Of a stretch of DNA of 48,790 nucleotides, positions 1-9,144 are shown one piece after another. The DNA lies in NCBI GenBank assembly GCA_028714015.1, contig JAQTNG010000002.1, forward strand, positions 1 to 48,790, given 5' to 3'. Position numbers and translations under genes: made by a program. The notes under the pieces are model-generated. The model saw only the letters and a program-made list of their open reading frames with translations, did not search any database and was not told where the DNA came from. Position 1 is the stretch's first letter, and each line of letters starts with the position of its first letter. Origin of the DNA: Elusimicrobiota bacterium. Lineage in GTDB: Bacteria; Elusimicrobiota; Elusimicrobia; UBA1565; UBA9628.

Positions 1-2
1 AG

Positions 3-704
3 GAGACCCGCCTTTGGGACGCGGCCCTCCAGGCCGGACGCTCGATGCGCTCCAAGGAAGACGCGCACGACTACCGCTATTTCCCCGATCCCGACCTCGT
101 GCCTCTCGTCGCCGATCCGAAATGGATCGCCGAGCTCAGGGCCGGCCTCGCCGAATTGCCGTCCGCGAAAAGGGCTCGATTTACGGCCGATTTGGGGCTA
201 TCCTCCTACGACGCCGAGGTTCTGACCGGCGACAAGGCCCTCTCCGAGTACTTCGAGAAAGCCGTCGCCGCCGCGCCCGCCGGATCCGCCAAAACCGTGT
301 CCAATCTTCTGACCACCGAGATGCTCGGCCGTCTCAATGCCGAAGGCAAGGCCGCGCCGCAGTCGCCGGTCGCCGCCGCGCACCTGGGAGAGCTCGCCGG
401 CCTCATCGCGGGCGGGACTTTGTCCTCCAAGGGCGCGAAGGACGTCTTCGCCAAAATGTGGGAGACGGGCAGGGGCCCGAAAGCCCTCGTCGAGGAGCTC
501 GGTCTTTCACAAGTCTCCGACGACAAGCAGGTCATGCAATGGGTCCTTCAGGCGCTCGCGGCCAATCCCAAGGCCGCCGCCGATTTGAAGGGGGGCAAGG
601 AAGCCGCGATCGGCTCCATCGTGGGCGGCGTCATGAAGCTCTCCAAGGGGAAGGCGAACCCGGCCCTCGTCAACAAGCTCATCAAGGAGGCCGTCAAAGC
701 ATGA
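3..704 (+). CDS. gatB: Asp-tRNA(Asn)/Glu-tRNA(Gln) amidotransferase subunit B, C-terminal part (5' end lies outside the window)
   Basis: The translation carries the GatB signature 'DYRYFPDPDL' and the GatB/YqeY helical tail ('SSKGAKDVF', 'KGKANPALVNKLIKE'). The frame stays open to the window edge. Confidence 0.9.
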   Translation, partial: ETRLWDAALQAGRSMRSKEDAHDYRYFPDPDLVPLVADPKWIAELRAGLAELPSAKRARFTADLGLSSYDAEVLTGDKALSEYFEKAVAAAPAGSAKTVSNLLTTEMLGRLNAEGKAAPQSPVAAAHLGELAGLIAGGTLSSKGAKDVFAKMWETGRGPKALVEELGLSQVSDDKQVMQWVLQALAANPKAAADLKGGKEAAIGSIVGGVMKLSKGKANPALVNKLIKEAVKA

Positions 705-3700
705 ACCGCTTCAAGCTTCTCGCTTTCGCGCTGCTGCTGACCGTCCCGGCCCGCGCGTACGACACGATCCGCTTCCTCGAGCCCATCAAGGGCGACGAGC
801 TGGCCAAGCCCGTCGCCGCCGCCGCCTCGGCCGACCGCCTCTATGTCGTCGACGAGAAGAAGAACTCCCTGTTCCTTTACGACCTGTCCGGCAGGCTGAT
901 CAAATCCGTCGGCCGCTCCGGAAGCCAGCCGGGCGCCTTCAGCGCGCCGCGCGGCGTCGCCGTCGGACCGAGCGGGCAGGTGTACGTCGCCGACACCGGC
1001 AACAGCCGGGTCGAGATTTTCGATCGCGACGGGAACTTCGTCTACGCGTTCGGAGAGAAGGGCTCCGAGCCGGGAAAACTTAAAAACCCCGAGTCGGTCG
1101 CCGTCGGCTCGGACGGCCGCATCTTCGTCTCGGACACGGGCAACAACCGCGTCCAGGTGTTCACCGACGAGGGCATCCTCCTTTTCCTTTTTGGCCGCTA
1201 CGGGAAGGAGCCTGGCCTGTTCAACGACCCGACGCGCATCGCCGTGGATCCGTCCGACAACGTCTTCGTCCTCGATCGCGGCAACGAGCGCATGCAGAAG
1301 TTCGACGCCTCCGCGAAGTTCGTCAAGGAGTACGCGCTCCTCGGCAACGACTTCACGGCGGACCAGTACGGCTTCCTCTACGTCGTGGACGGCAGGAACG
1401 GCAAGGTCGTCGAGCAGTCCGGCGAAGGCTTCATCATGGGGAAGTTCGGCTCGCTCGGCTCGGGCGTCGGCCAGATGAGGAAGGCCGAAGGCATCGCGAT
1501 CACGCCTGACGGCGTGCTTATCGTCCTTGATACCGGCAACAACCGCATACACCGGGTCGAGCTGACCAATAAGCTGAAGGTCAAACCTCTGCCTTTGAAC
1601 CTGCTCACCAAGATGTCGGTGTCCGGCCCCAGCCGGAGCTGGCCTTTCTCGGCCTCGGCCCTCGCGCCGTACGGCGACGACCTGTACGCCTGGCTGCCGA
1701 AGGAAAGCCAGTTCGTCCTCATCGACGCGCAGGGCAAGGAGAAGCGGCGCTTCGGCTCCTCCAAGGGCAAGGGCGGCGACGCCACGCGCGGCGTCGGCGG
1801 CATGGCGGCCGTGAAGTCGGCGAAGGTCGAGGGCCTGTACGTGACCGACGCCCCCGACCACCGCCTCCAGCAGTTCGGCCTGGACGGCAAGTGGAAGTCG
1901 AACGTCGGCGAGGCCCAGGGCTTCTTCGACAGCAAGAAGCGCGAAGGCCGCATGAAGCACCCCGGCGGCGTAGCGATCAACGGCGAGGGCGTCGTGTACG
2001 TGGCCGACACCGGTAACCAGCGCATCGACGCGTTCAGCCCCGAGGGCGTGTTCCTGTTCGGCTTCGGGCCCAAGGTCGGCTCCTACACGCTCCTCGAGCC
2101 CGTCGCGGTCGCCTGGGACAAAGCCGGCTTCGTCTACTTCGTGGACAAAGGCCTCAAGCGCGTCTTCAAATGCGAGCCCTCCGGGGCCTACATCAACTCG
2201 TGGGGCGAGGACGGCGACGGCCCCGGCGAGTTCAAGTCGCCCGTCTCGATCGCCTTCGACGGCCAGAACTACCTCTACACGCTCGACTCGCAGCTGCGCC
2301 GCGTCAGCGTTCATACCAAGGACGGCAAATGGCTCGCGGACTTCTTCGCGGGCGGCAAGCAGGATCGCGAGCTCCTCGCGCCGGTCGCCGTCTCCGTCCA
2401 GGGCGACAAGCTCGTGATCGCCGACCAGGGCAAGAACCGCCTTGTCAGCTACGACCTCCACCCGATGCTGACCGCGCCGGCCGGCGTCTCGACGAAGACG
2501 GCGGACGGCGTCGTCTCGATCTCCTGGGAGCCCGTCGCCGATCCGTGGACCGGCGGCTACGTGGTGACGCGCGCGACGGGCGCGTCCGGCCCGTGGGCGA
2601 AGGCGGGCGAGACGAAGTCCGAGACCTTCTCGGACGCGGAGGTCGCGCCTTACGAGAAGTACTGGTACCGCGTCGCCACCAAGTCCAAGACCGCGGACGT
2701 GGGCCCGGCCGGCCGGCCGGTCGACGTGTTCGTCGCCGGCTCGTTCAACCGCTCCCCCGTCGAGATTTCGACGATCACGCTCGGCGACATCTTCGCCGCG
2801 AACTATAAGTGGTACCTGCGCAATCCGATGGGCTCGGCCGTGCTCACCAACAACGTCAACGCGGCCTTCCAGAACGTGAAGCTGACGTTCAAGCTCAAGG
2901 ACTACATGGACTTCGGCTTCGACACCGAGATCAAGAAGCTCGACCCGAAGCAGACCGTCGAGATCCCGCTGATCGCGACGCTCAACAACAAGGTGCTCGA
3001 CGTCAGCGAGGACACGCCGATCCAGGCCGAGTTCACGCTGACCTACTTCGAGGACGGCAAGCAGCAGACGGTGTCGATCACGAAGCCCCTGCGCCTGTAC
3101 TCCCGCAACGCGATCACCTGGCAGGACCCGCAGCGCATCGCGAACTTCGTGACGCGCAAGGACCCGCCGGTGCGCGATTTCGTGCGCGGCGTCTCGACGT
3201 TCGAGTTCAAGAACCGCAAGGCGGCCGCGCTCAACGAGCCGGCCGTCAAGGCGATGCGCATCTGGAACGCGCTATCGGAGTACGGCATCAAGTTCGTCGC
3301 CAACCCGTCGAACCCCTTCGCGGCCGCCCACGACGACCCGAACTTCCCGGTGGACTACACGCAGTTTCCGCGCGAGACCCTGCGCAGCAAGGCCGGCCAG
3401 TGCTCGGACCTGACCTCGCTGTACGCCGCGATGCTCGAGGACGGCGAGGTCCGCGTGGCCATACTCGACTACCCCGGCCACATGACGATGATGTTCGACA
3501 CCGAGGCCGAGGACGCCGTCGAGGCGGGCATGCCCGCCGACCTGCTCGTCGAGCACGAGGGCACGATGTGGATCCCGATCGAGGTCACCTACATCGGCAA
3601 GCCGTTCATCGACGCGGTCTCGAAGGCCGCGTACGCGTACAAGGCCGAGGCCGAGAAGGGCCGCGTGAAGGTGTACGGCCTGCACAAGGCCTGGGGCACC

Positions 3701-4204
3701 TACGAGCCGGTCTCGATGGCGCCGACCGACTTCAGCCCGAAGCTCCCTGAGGCGTCCGCGCTCGAGCGGCGATACGACGACCAGGTCAACGTGCTCGCCA
3801 AGGACCGCTACGAGTTCCTCAAGAAGCAGTACGAGGCAGACCTCGGCAAGAACGGCAAGGACGTGGAGGCCCAGCTGCAGCTCGGGATCATCGAATATCA
3901 GTTCGGCAACCGCGAGGCCGCGGTCACCGAGTTCAACAAGGTCCTTTCTCTCGACCCGGCGAACTCCTCGGCGCTCAACAACCTCGGCAGCGTGGCCTTC
4001 CTCGAGGGCGACAACGTCGAGGCCGAGAAACGGTTCACGCAGGCGGCCGAAGCCGAGCCCGACGACGCGATGATCTGGCTGAACCTCGTCAAGACCTCGA
4101 TCCGGCTTAAGAAGCTGGACAAGGCCAAGGCGATGGGCGAGAAGGCCGTGGCGCTCGCCCCGAGCTTCAAGCCGGCCGTCGACAGCCTCATCAAGGGAAG
4201 CTGA
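701..4204 (+). CDS. Secreted multidomain protein: two NHL-repeat propeller regions, an Fn3-like domain, a transglutaminase-like Cys/His core and C-terminal TPR repeats
   Basis: The ATG at 701 overlaps the gatB stop (ATGA) and gives the signal peptide 'MNRFKLLAFALLLTVPARA'. There are about 10-12 NHL blades ('VYVADTGNSRVEIFDRDG', 'IFVSDTGNNRVQVFTDEG', 'VYVADTGNQRIDAFSPEG'). An Fn3-like stretch reads 'VVSISWEPVADPWTGGYVVTRA..YWYRVAT'. The transglutaminase-like core is 'GQCSDLTSLY', 'YPGHMTMMF', 'WIPIEVT'. The tail is TPR-like. I discounted the Arg-rich 5' extension of ORF 14..4204 because it overlaps gatB. Confidence 0.8.
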   Translation: MNRFKLLAFALLLTVPARAYDTIRFLEPIKGDELAKPVAAAASADRLYVVDEKKNSLFLYDLSGRLIKSVGRSGSQPGAFSAPRGVAVGPSGQVYVADTGNSRVEIFDRDGNFVYAFGEKGSEPGKLKNPESVAVGSDGRIFVSDTGNNRVQVFTDEGILLFLFGRYGKEPGLFNDPTRIAVDPSDNVFVLDRGNERMQKFDASAKFVKEYALLGNDFTADQYGFLYVVDGRNGKVVEQSGEGFIMGKFGSLGSGVGQMRKAEGIAITPDGVLIVLDTGNNRIHRVELTNKLKVKPLPLNLLTKMSVSGPSRSWPFSASALAPYGDDLYAWLPKESQFVLIDAQGKEKRRFGSSKGKGGDATRGVGGMAAVKSAKVEGLYVTDAPDHRLQQFGLDGKWKSNVGEAQGFFDSKKREGRMKHPGGVAINGEGVVYVADTGNQRIDAFSPEGVFLFGFGPKVGSYTLLEPVAVAWDKAGFVYFVDKGLKRVFKCEPSGAYINSWGEDGDGPGEFKSPVSIAFDGQNYLYTLDSQLRRVSVHTKDGKWLADFFAGGKQDRELLAPVAVSVQGDKLVIADQGKNRLVSYDLHPMLTAPAGVSTKTADGVVSISWEPVADPWTGGYVVTRATGASGPWAKAGETKSETFSDAEVAPYEKYWYRVATKSKTADVGPAGRPVDVFVAGSFNRSPVEISTITLGDIFAANYKWYLRNPMGSAVLTNNVNAAFQNVKLTFKLKDYMDFGFDTEIKKLDPKQTVEIPLIATLNNKVLDVSEDTPIQAEFTLTYFEDGKQQTVSITKPLRLYSRNAITWQDPQRIANFVTRKDPPVRDFVRGVSTFEFKNRKAAALNEPAVKAMRIWNALSEYGIKFVANPSNPFAAAHDDPNFPVDYTQFPRETLRSKAGQCSDLTSLYAAMLEDGEVRVAILDYPGHMTMMFDTEAEDAVEAGMPADLLVEHEGTMWIPIEVTYIGKPFIDAVSKAAYAYKAEAEKGRVKVYGLHKAWGTYEPVSMAPTDFSPKLPEASALERRYDDQVNVLAKDRYEFLKKQYEADLGKNGKDVEAQLQLGIIEYQFGNREAAVTEFNKVLSLDPANSSALNNLGSVAFLEGDNVEAEKRFTQAAEAEPDDAMIWLNLVKTSIRLKKLDKAKAMGEKAVALAPSFKPAVDSLIKGS

Positions 4205-4226
4205 TTTCCGTCAGGAGGAAAACATC

Positions 4227-4700
4227 ATGAAACTGATTCTCATCGCCTTCATCGCCTCGATGCTCGTGATCCCCGCGCGCGCCGACGAAAAGGCCGCTCC
4301 CGCGCCCGCGAAGTCCGGCTGGTCGGACTTCTTCAAGAACTTGAAGAACACCCTGGCCCAGTCCGCCGTCGGCGGAGAGCGCAAGAAGGGCCGCGGCGCC
4401 CAAGGCGTGGCGGCCGTGCGCGGCGAAAGCCAGGCCAAGAAGAACATCTCCGACCCGAACGAGCCCGGCATCAAGGGCGATATGAAGAGCTCGAAGGCCA
4501 AGAAGGAGCTGGGCTACGACATGGAGCTCGAGGCCGCCATCGACCTGCTCGGCAAGGGCAAGCTCGAGGAGGGCCTCAAGGCCCTCGAGGCCTTCAAGGT
4601 CGCGCACCCGAAGCACCGGACCGGCGACGTGGACAAGGCCATCGAGGGCGCAAAGGCGATGATCGCCGAGCAGGGCGCCGCGCCGGCGGCGAAGGAATAG
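4227..4700 (+). CDS. Small secreted Lys/Ala-rich protein, unknown function
   Basis: A strong RBS (AGGAGGA, 4212-4218) precedes the start. The signal peptide is 'MKLILIAFIASMLVIPARA'. An intrinsic terminator follows. I recognise no family. Confidence 0.65.
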   Translation: MKLILIAFIASMLVIPARADEKAAPAPAKSGWSDFFKNLKNTLAQSAVGGERKKGRGAQGVAAVRGESQAKKNISDPNEPGIKGDMKSSKAKKELGYDMELEAAIDLLGKGKLEEGLKALEAFKVAHPKHRTGDVDKAIEGAKAMIAEQGAAPAAKE

Positions 4701-4717
4701 ACGCTTCGACGTTCAAT

Positions 4718-4751
4718 GGGGCCCTCGCCGAAAGGCGGGGGCCCTTTTTTT
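4718..4751 (+). terminator. Rho-independent terminator
   Basis: An 11-bp GC-rich stem (4719-4729 pairs with 4734-4744, one G-U pair) has a GAAA loop and is followed by T7 (4745-4751). It starts 18 nt after the stop at 4700. Confidence 0.8.
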
Positions 4752-4848
4752 GCGCGGGTCATAAAATTCCCATCAATCATTTACAGCGCTTCTCTTTCAT
4801 GCACGGCCGGCCAAGACTATACTGTCACCCGAACCAAGACGCAGGCCC

Positions 4849-6699
4849 ATGTCCCCCCAAACCCCGATTCCGAACGCGCGAGAGATCAATGGCGATCGCC
4901 TGCTCGCCGAGCTCGACGCCTTTCTCGCCGGGACTCTCGGAGAACTCGAAGCGGCGCCCGCGAGAGGACCGAAAGCTCCGAAGGTCTTGGTGGTCGACGA
5001 CAGCCATGAGAATCGCGACGTCGTGCGAAGCCTGCTCGAACACAACGGCTACGAAGTCGTCGAGGCGGCCAACGGCGCCGAGGGCCTGAGGCAAGCGATC
5101 GCGGAGCGGCCCGACCTCGTTCTGACCGACTTCAACATGCCCTTGATGAACGGCTACGAGCTTTTCCTGGAGCTGCGTCTCGATTTCGACCTGCGGAGGG
5201 TCCCGATCATCATGTTCATGGGGGCGGGCAACCGCAAATGCTTGAAGGAGATGGGGCTGCACGTTTCCGCCTTCTTGGAGAAGCCCGTGTCCAACCGCCG
5301 CCTCCTCGACACCGTCCACGCCGCATTGGGGGGGGCGCCCGCCAAGCCCGCTGCTTCGCACGAGATCGTCCTGGACGCGAGGCCGCTGAGGCCCGCCGCC
5401 CGGCCGGGCCGCTCATCGCCGGAAATGGAGCCGATGGCTTCCCTGGAAGGGCTGCAGGAGGCGGGCGACGTCCTGATAGACACCGAGACGGTGGACGAGG
5501 AGGAGCGGGAGTCCGGCCTCGAGTTTCTGGTCCAGGACTCTCCTCTGATCAAATACGTCAACCGAATCCTGCTGAGCGCCATCCAATTGGGCGCCAGCGA
5601 CATCCACATCGAGCCGCAGGAGAAGGTGATCAACGTGCGCGTGCGCCTCAACGGCTCGCTTTCCCGCCTGTGCACGCTGCCCGCCGCTCTCGGCGCCAGA
5701 TTGAGCGCCCGCATCAAGATCATCTCGAATCTCGTCATCACCGAGCGGCGCAGGCCGCAGGACGGGCAGTTCCGGATAACGGCGCAGGGCAAGAAGATCG
5801 AATTCCGGGTCAGCATCCTGCCCGGCATCTACGGCGAGAAGATCATGATGCGCGTCCTGGGATCCGGCAAGCTCAAGGCGGCTCCTTCGGAGATCGGCTT
5901 CAATCCTCGGGATCTGGAATGCGTCGAAAAAGCGGTCCAGTCCCAAAACGGCCTGATCCTGGTCACCGGGCCGACGGGCGCCGGCAAGACGACCACTCTC
6001 TACACGATGATCGGCATGCTGAACAAGCCCGACGTCAACATCATGACCGCGGAGGACCCGGTCGAGTACGAGCTCCCCGGCATTCATCAGGTCCACGTCA
6101 AGCCCGCGATCGGCCTGACCTTCGAGGCGGTGCTGCGCTCCCTCCTCCGCCAGGATCCCGACATCATGCTCATCGGGGAGATCCGGGACCTGGAGACCGC
6201 GGACATCGCCGTGAAGGCCTCGATCACGGGCCACCTCGTGCTCTCCACTTTGCACACCAACAGCGCTCCCGCGACCATCGCGCGCCTGACGCAGATGGGG
6301 ATCAAGCCGTATCTGGCGGCGGCCAGCCTCAAGATGGTGGTCGCCCAGCGGCTCGTCAAGCTGCTGTGCCCGAACTGCAAGCTGCAGGTGCCGATCTCCG
6401 AAGCGGAAAAGAGGATGCTCACCGAGGAGGAAGTCTTGCCGATGCGGGAGATCTACCGCGGCGTCGGCTGCTCCGCCTGCGGCCAGACCGGCTACGCGGG
6501 GCGCAGGCCCATTTTCGAGGTCATGCCGATCCGCACGGCCGCCATGCGCCAGATGATCCTGTCGTCGAACGACGTCGTTTCGCTGACGGAGCTCGCCGCG
6601 CAAGAAGGCATGACGAGCCTGCGCCAGTCCGCGCTGGGGATGGTCGCCTCCGGCGAGACCTCGCTGAGCGAGGCTCTCAAGATCGTTTTGTCGGAGTGA
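4849..6699 (+). CDS. Response-regulator receiver domain fused to a GspE/PilB-family secretion or pilus-assembly ATPase
   Basis: The REC motifs are 'KVLVVDDSHENRD', 'DLVLTDFNMPLMNG' and 'FLEKP'. The ATPase core has Walker A 'GPTGAGKTTT', 'DPDIMLIGEIRD', His box 'GHLVLSTLHTN' and the tetracysteine 'CPNC..CSACGQTGY'. Confidence 0.85.
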   Translation: MSPQTPIPNAREINGDRLLAELDAFLAGTLGELEAAPARGPKAPKVLVVDDSHENRDVVRSLLEHNGYEVVEAANGAEGLRQAIAERPDLVLTDFNMPLMNGYELFLELRLDFDLRRVPIIMFMGAGNRKCLKEMGLHVSAFLEKPVSNRRLLDTVHAALGGAPAKPAASHEIVLDARPLRPAARPGRSSPEMEPMASLEGLQEAGDVLIDTETVDEEERESGLEFLVQDSPLIKYVNRILLSAIQLGASDIHIEPQEKVINVRVRLNGSLSRLCTLPAALGARLSARIKIISNLVITERRRPQDGQFRITAQGKKIEFRVSILPGIYGEKIMMRVLGSGKLKAAPSEIGFNPRDLECVEKAVQSQNGLILVTGPTGAGKTTTLYTMIGMLNKPDVNIMTAEDPVEYELPGIHQVHVKPAIGLTFEAVLRSLLRQDPDIMLIGEIRDLETADIAVKASITGHLVLSTLHTNSAPATIARLTQMGIKPYLAAASLKMVVAQRLVKLLCPNCKLQVPISEAEKRMLTEEEVLPMREIYRGVGCSACGQTGYAGRRPIFEVMPIRTAAMRQMILSSNDVVSLTELAAQEGMTSLRQSALGMVASGETSLSEALKIVLSE

Positions 6700-6707
6700 C
6701 GGCGCGG

Positions 6708-7181
6708 CTAGCGCTTGCCTTGGAGGCGCTTGATCAAGCCCGTCGTCGAGTAGCCCTTCTTCAGGGCCACGATGACGACCTTGCCGGCGTGCTTGGCCTC
6801 GGGCAGGTCGGAGGGCTTGTAGTCGCCGCCCTTGACCTGGACGTCGGGCTTGAGGCGCGCCATGAGCTTCTCGGGCGTGGTCTCGTCGAACTTGACCACG
6901 GCGTCGACGCAGCCGAGCGCGGCGACGACTTCGGCGCGGTCGCGCCAGGTGTTGACGGGCCGTCCGGGCGCTTTGTCGAGAGCGCGCGCGGAGCGGTCGG
7001 AGTTGATGCCGACGACGAGCAGGTCGCCCGAGGCCTTCGCCTTCTCGAGCACCTTCACGTGGCCGGCGTGCAGGATGTCGAAGACTCCGTTCGTGAAGAC
7101 GACGACGCGGCCTTCCCAGCGCCACAGCTCCCGCAGGGTCGCGAGCTTCTTGAGCGGGAGGATCTTGGAGGTCGAGCTCAT
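6708..7181 (-). CDS. hldC: D-glycero-beta-D-manno-heptose 1-phosphate adenylyltransferase (RfaE domain II type cytidylyltransferase)
   Basis: Motifs 'VVVFTNGVFDILHAGHV' (HxGH) and 'VVGINSD' are present. The ATG at 7181 overlaps the gmhA stop (ATGA). I discounted the upstream Arg/Pro-rich part of ORF 6708..7313. Confidence 0.8.
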   Translation of the reverse strand: MSSTSKILPLKKLATLRELWRWEGRVVVFTNGVFDILHAGHVKVLEKAKASGDLLVVGINSDRSARALDKAPGRPVNTWRDRAEVVAALGCVDAVVKFDETTPEKLMARLKPDVQVKGGDYKPSDLPEAKHAGKVVIVALKKGYSTTGLIKRLQGKR

Positions 7182-7772
7182 CAGCCGTGGGCCAGGGGGG
7201 CGCCGGGGAACAGCTCGTCCTCGAGAATGCCGCACCAGATCTGGATGACCGTGATGTGGGCCTCCTGTATTCGCGCGGTCGATTCCGAAGGCACGCACAC
7301 GCAGTAATCGCACAGGGCCTTGAGCTTGCCGCCGGAGCGGCCCGTCAGGCCGATCACCGTCAGGCCGAGCTCGCGCGCGGCGGCGGCGGCCTTCAGCACG
7401 TTCTTGGAGTTCCCGGAGGTCGAGATCGCGACGGCGACGTCGCCGGGCCGGCCGAGCGCGCGCAGCGGGCGCTCGAAGACGAACTCGAAGCCGAAGTCGT
7501 TGGCGATCGAGGTCAGGTCGCTTTGGTTGGCCGACAGCGCGATCGCGGGCAGGCCGGGGCGGTTGCGCCGGTAGCGGCCGGTGAGCTCGTCGGCGAAATT
7601 AATCGCGTCGCACGAGGAGCCGCCGTTGCCGAAGGACAGGAGCTTGCCGCCGTTGCGGTAGGAGCGCAGCAGGTCCTTGGCGGCCGCGTCGATGACGGGG
7701 GAGAGCTTGGCGACGGAGGTCAGGACCGCGGCCGACTCTTTGAGCTGGGAGACGATGGTCTTGCGGAAGTCG

Positions 7773-7780
<8 letters not shown>
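7181..7780 (-). CDS. gmhA: Phosphoheptose isomerase (SIS domain)
   Basis: Motifs 'GGKLLSFGNGGSSCDA', 'DVAVAISTSGNSKNV' and 'IQEAHI' are present. The start overlaps the accC stop by 8 nt. Confidence 0.85.
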
Positions 7781-9134
<1,354 letters not shown>

Positions 9135-9144
9135 GGTATATTCC

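Noticed and set aside
14-700. Long N-terminal extensions appear on many tracked ORFs, for example 14..4204, 11466..12812, 12335..13444, 16976..18724, 32316..34022 and 33743..35872.
   Set aside because: The track takes the most upstream ATG, GTG or TTG. The extensions are Arg/Pro-rich and overlap the upstream gene out of frame. Internal starts give proper signal peptides or family-typical N-termini, often with ATGA coupling.
548-2461. A 637-aa minus-strand ORF lies antisense to the NHL-repeat gene.
   Set aside because: The translation is low-complexity Ala/Arg/Gly/Asp/Val-rich with no motifs. It lies fully inside a gene with clear NHL repeats. Stop-poor antisense frames are expected in GC-rich DNA.
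4779-4823. A candidate promoter for the REC-GspE gene (TTTACA ... TATACT).
   Set aside because: TATACT (4818-4823) is a good -10, but TTTACA lies 33 nt upstream and no acceptable -35 sits at 16-19 nt. The 25-nt leader has no Shine-Dalgarno sequence. This is too weak to list as a feature.
5238-7307. A 689-aa plus-strand ORF and the 570-aa minus-strand ORF 5413..7125 overlap the REC-GspE and hldC genes.
   Set aside because: Both are Arg/Gly/Pro-rich and featureless. The competing frames carry unambiguous Walker, His-box and HxGH motifs.
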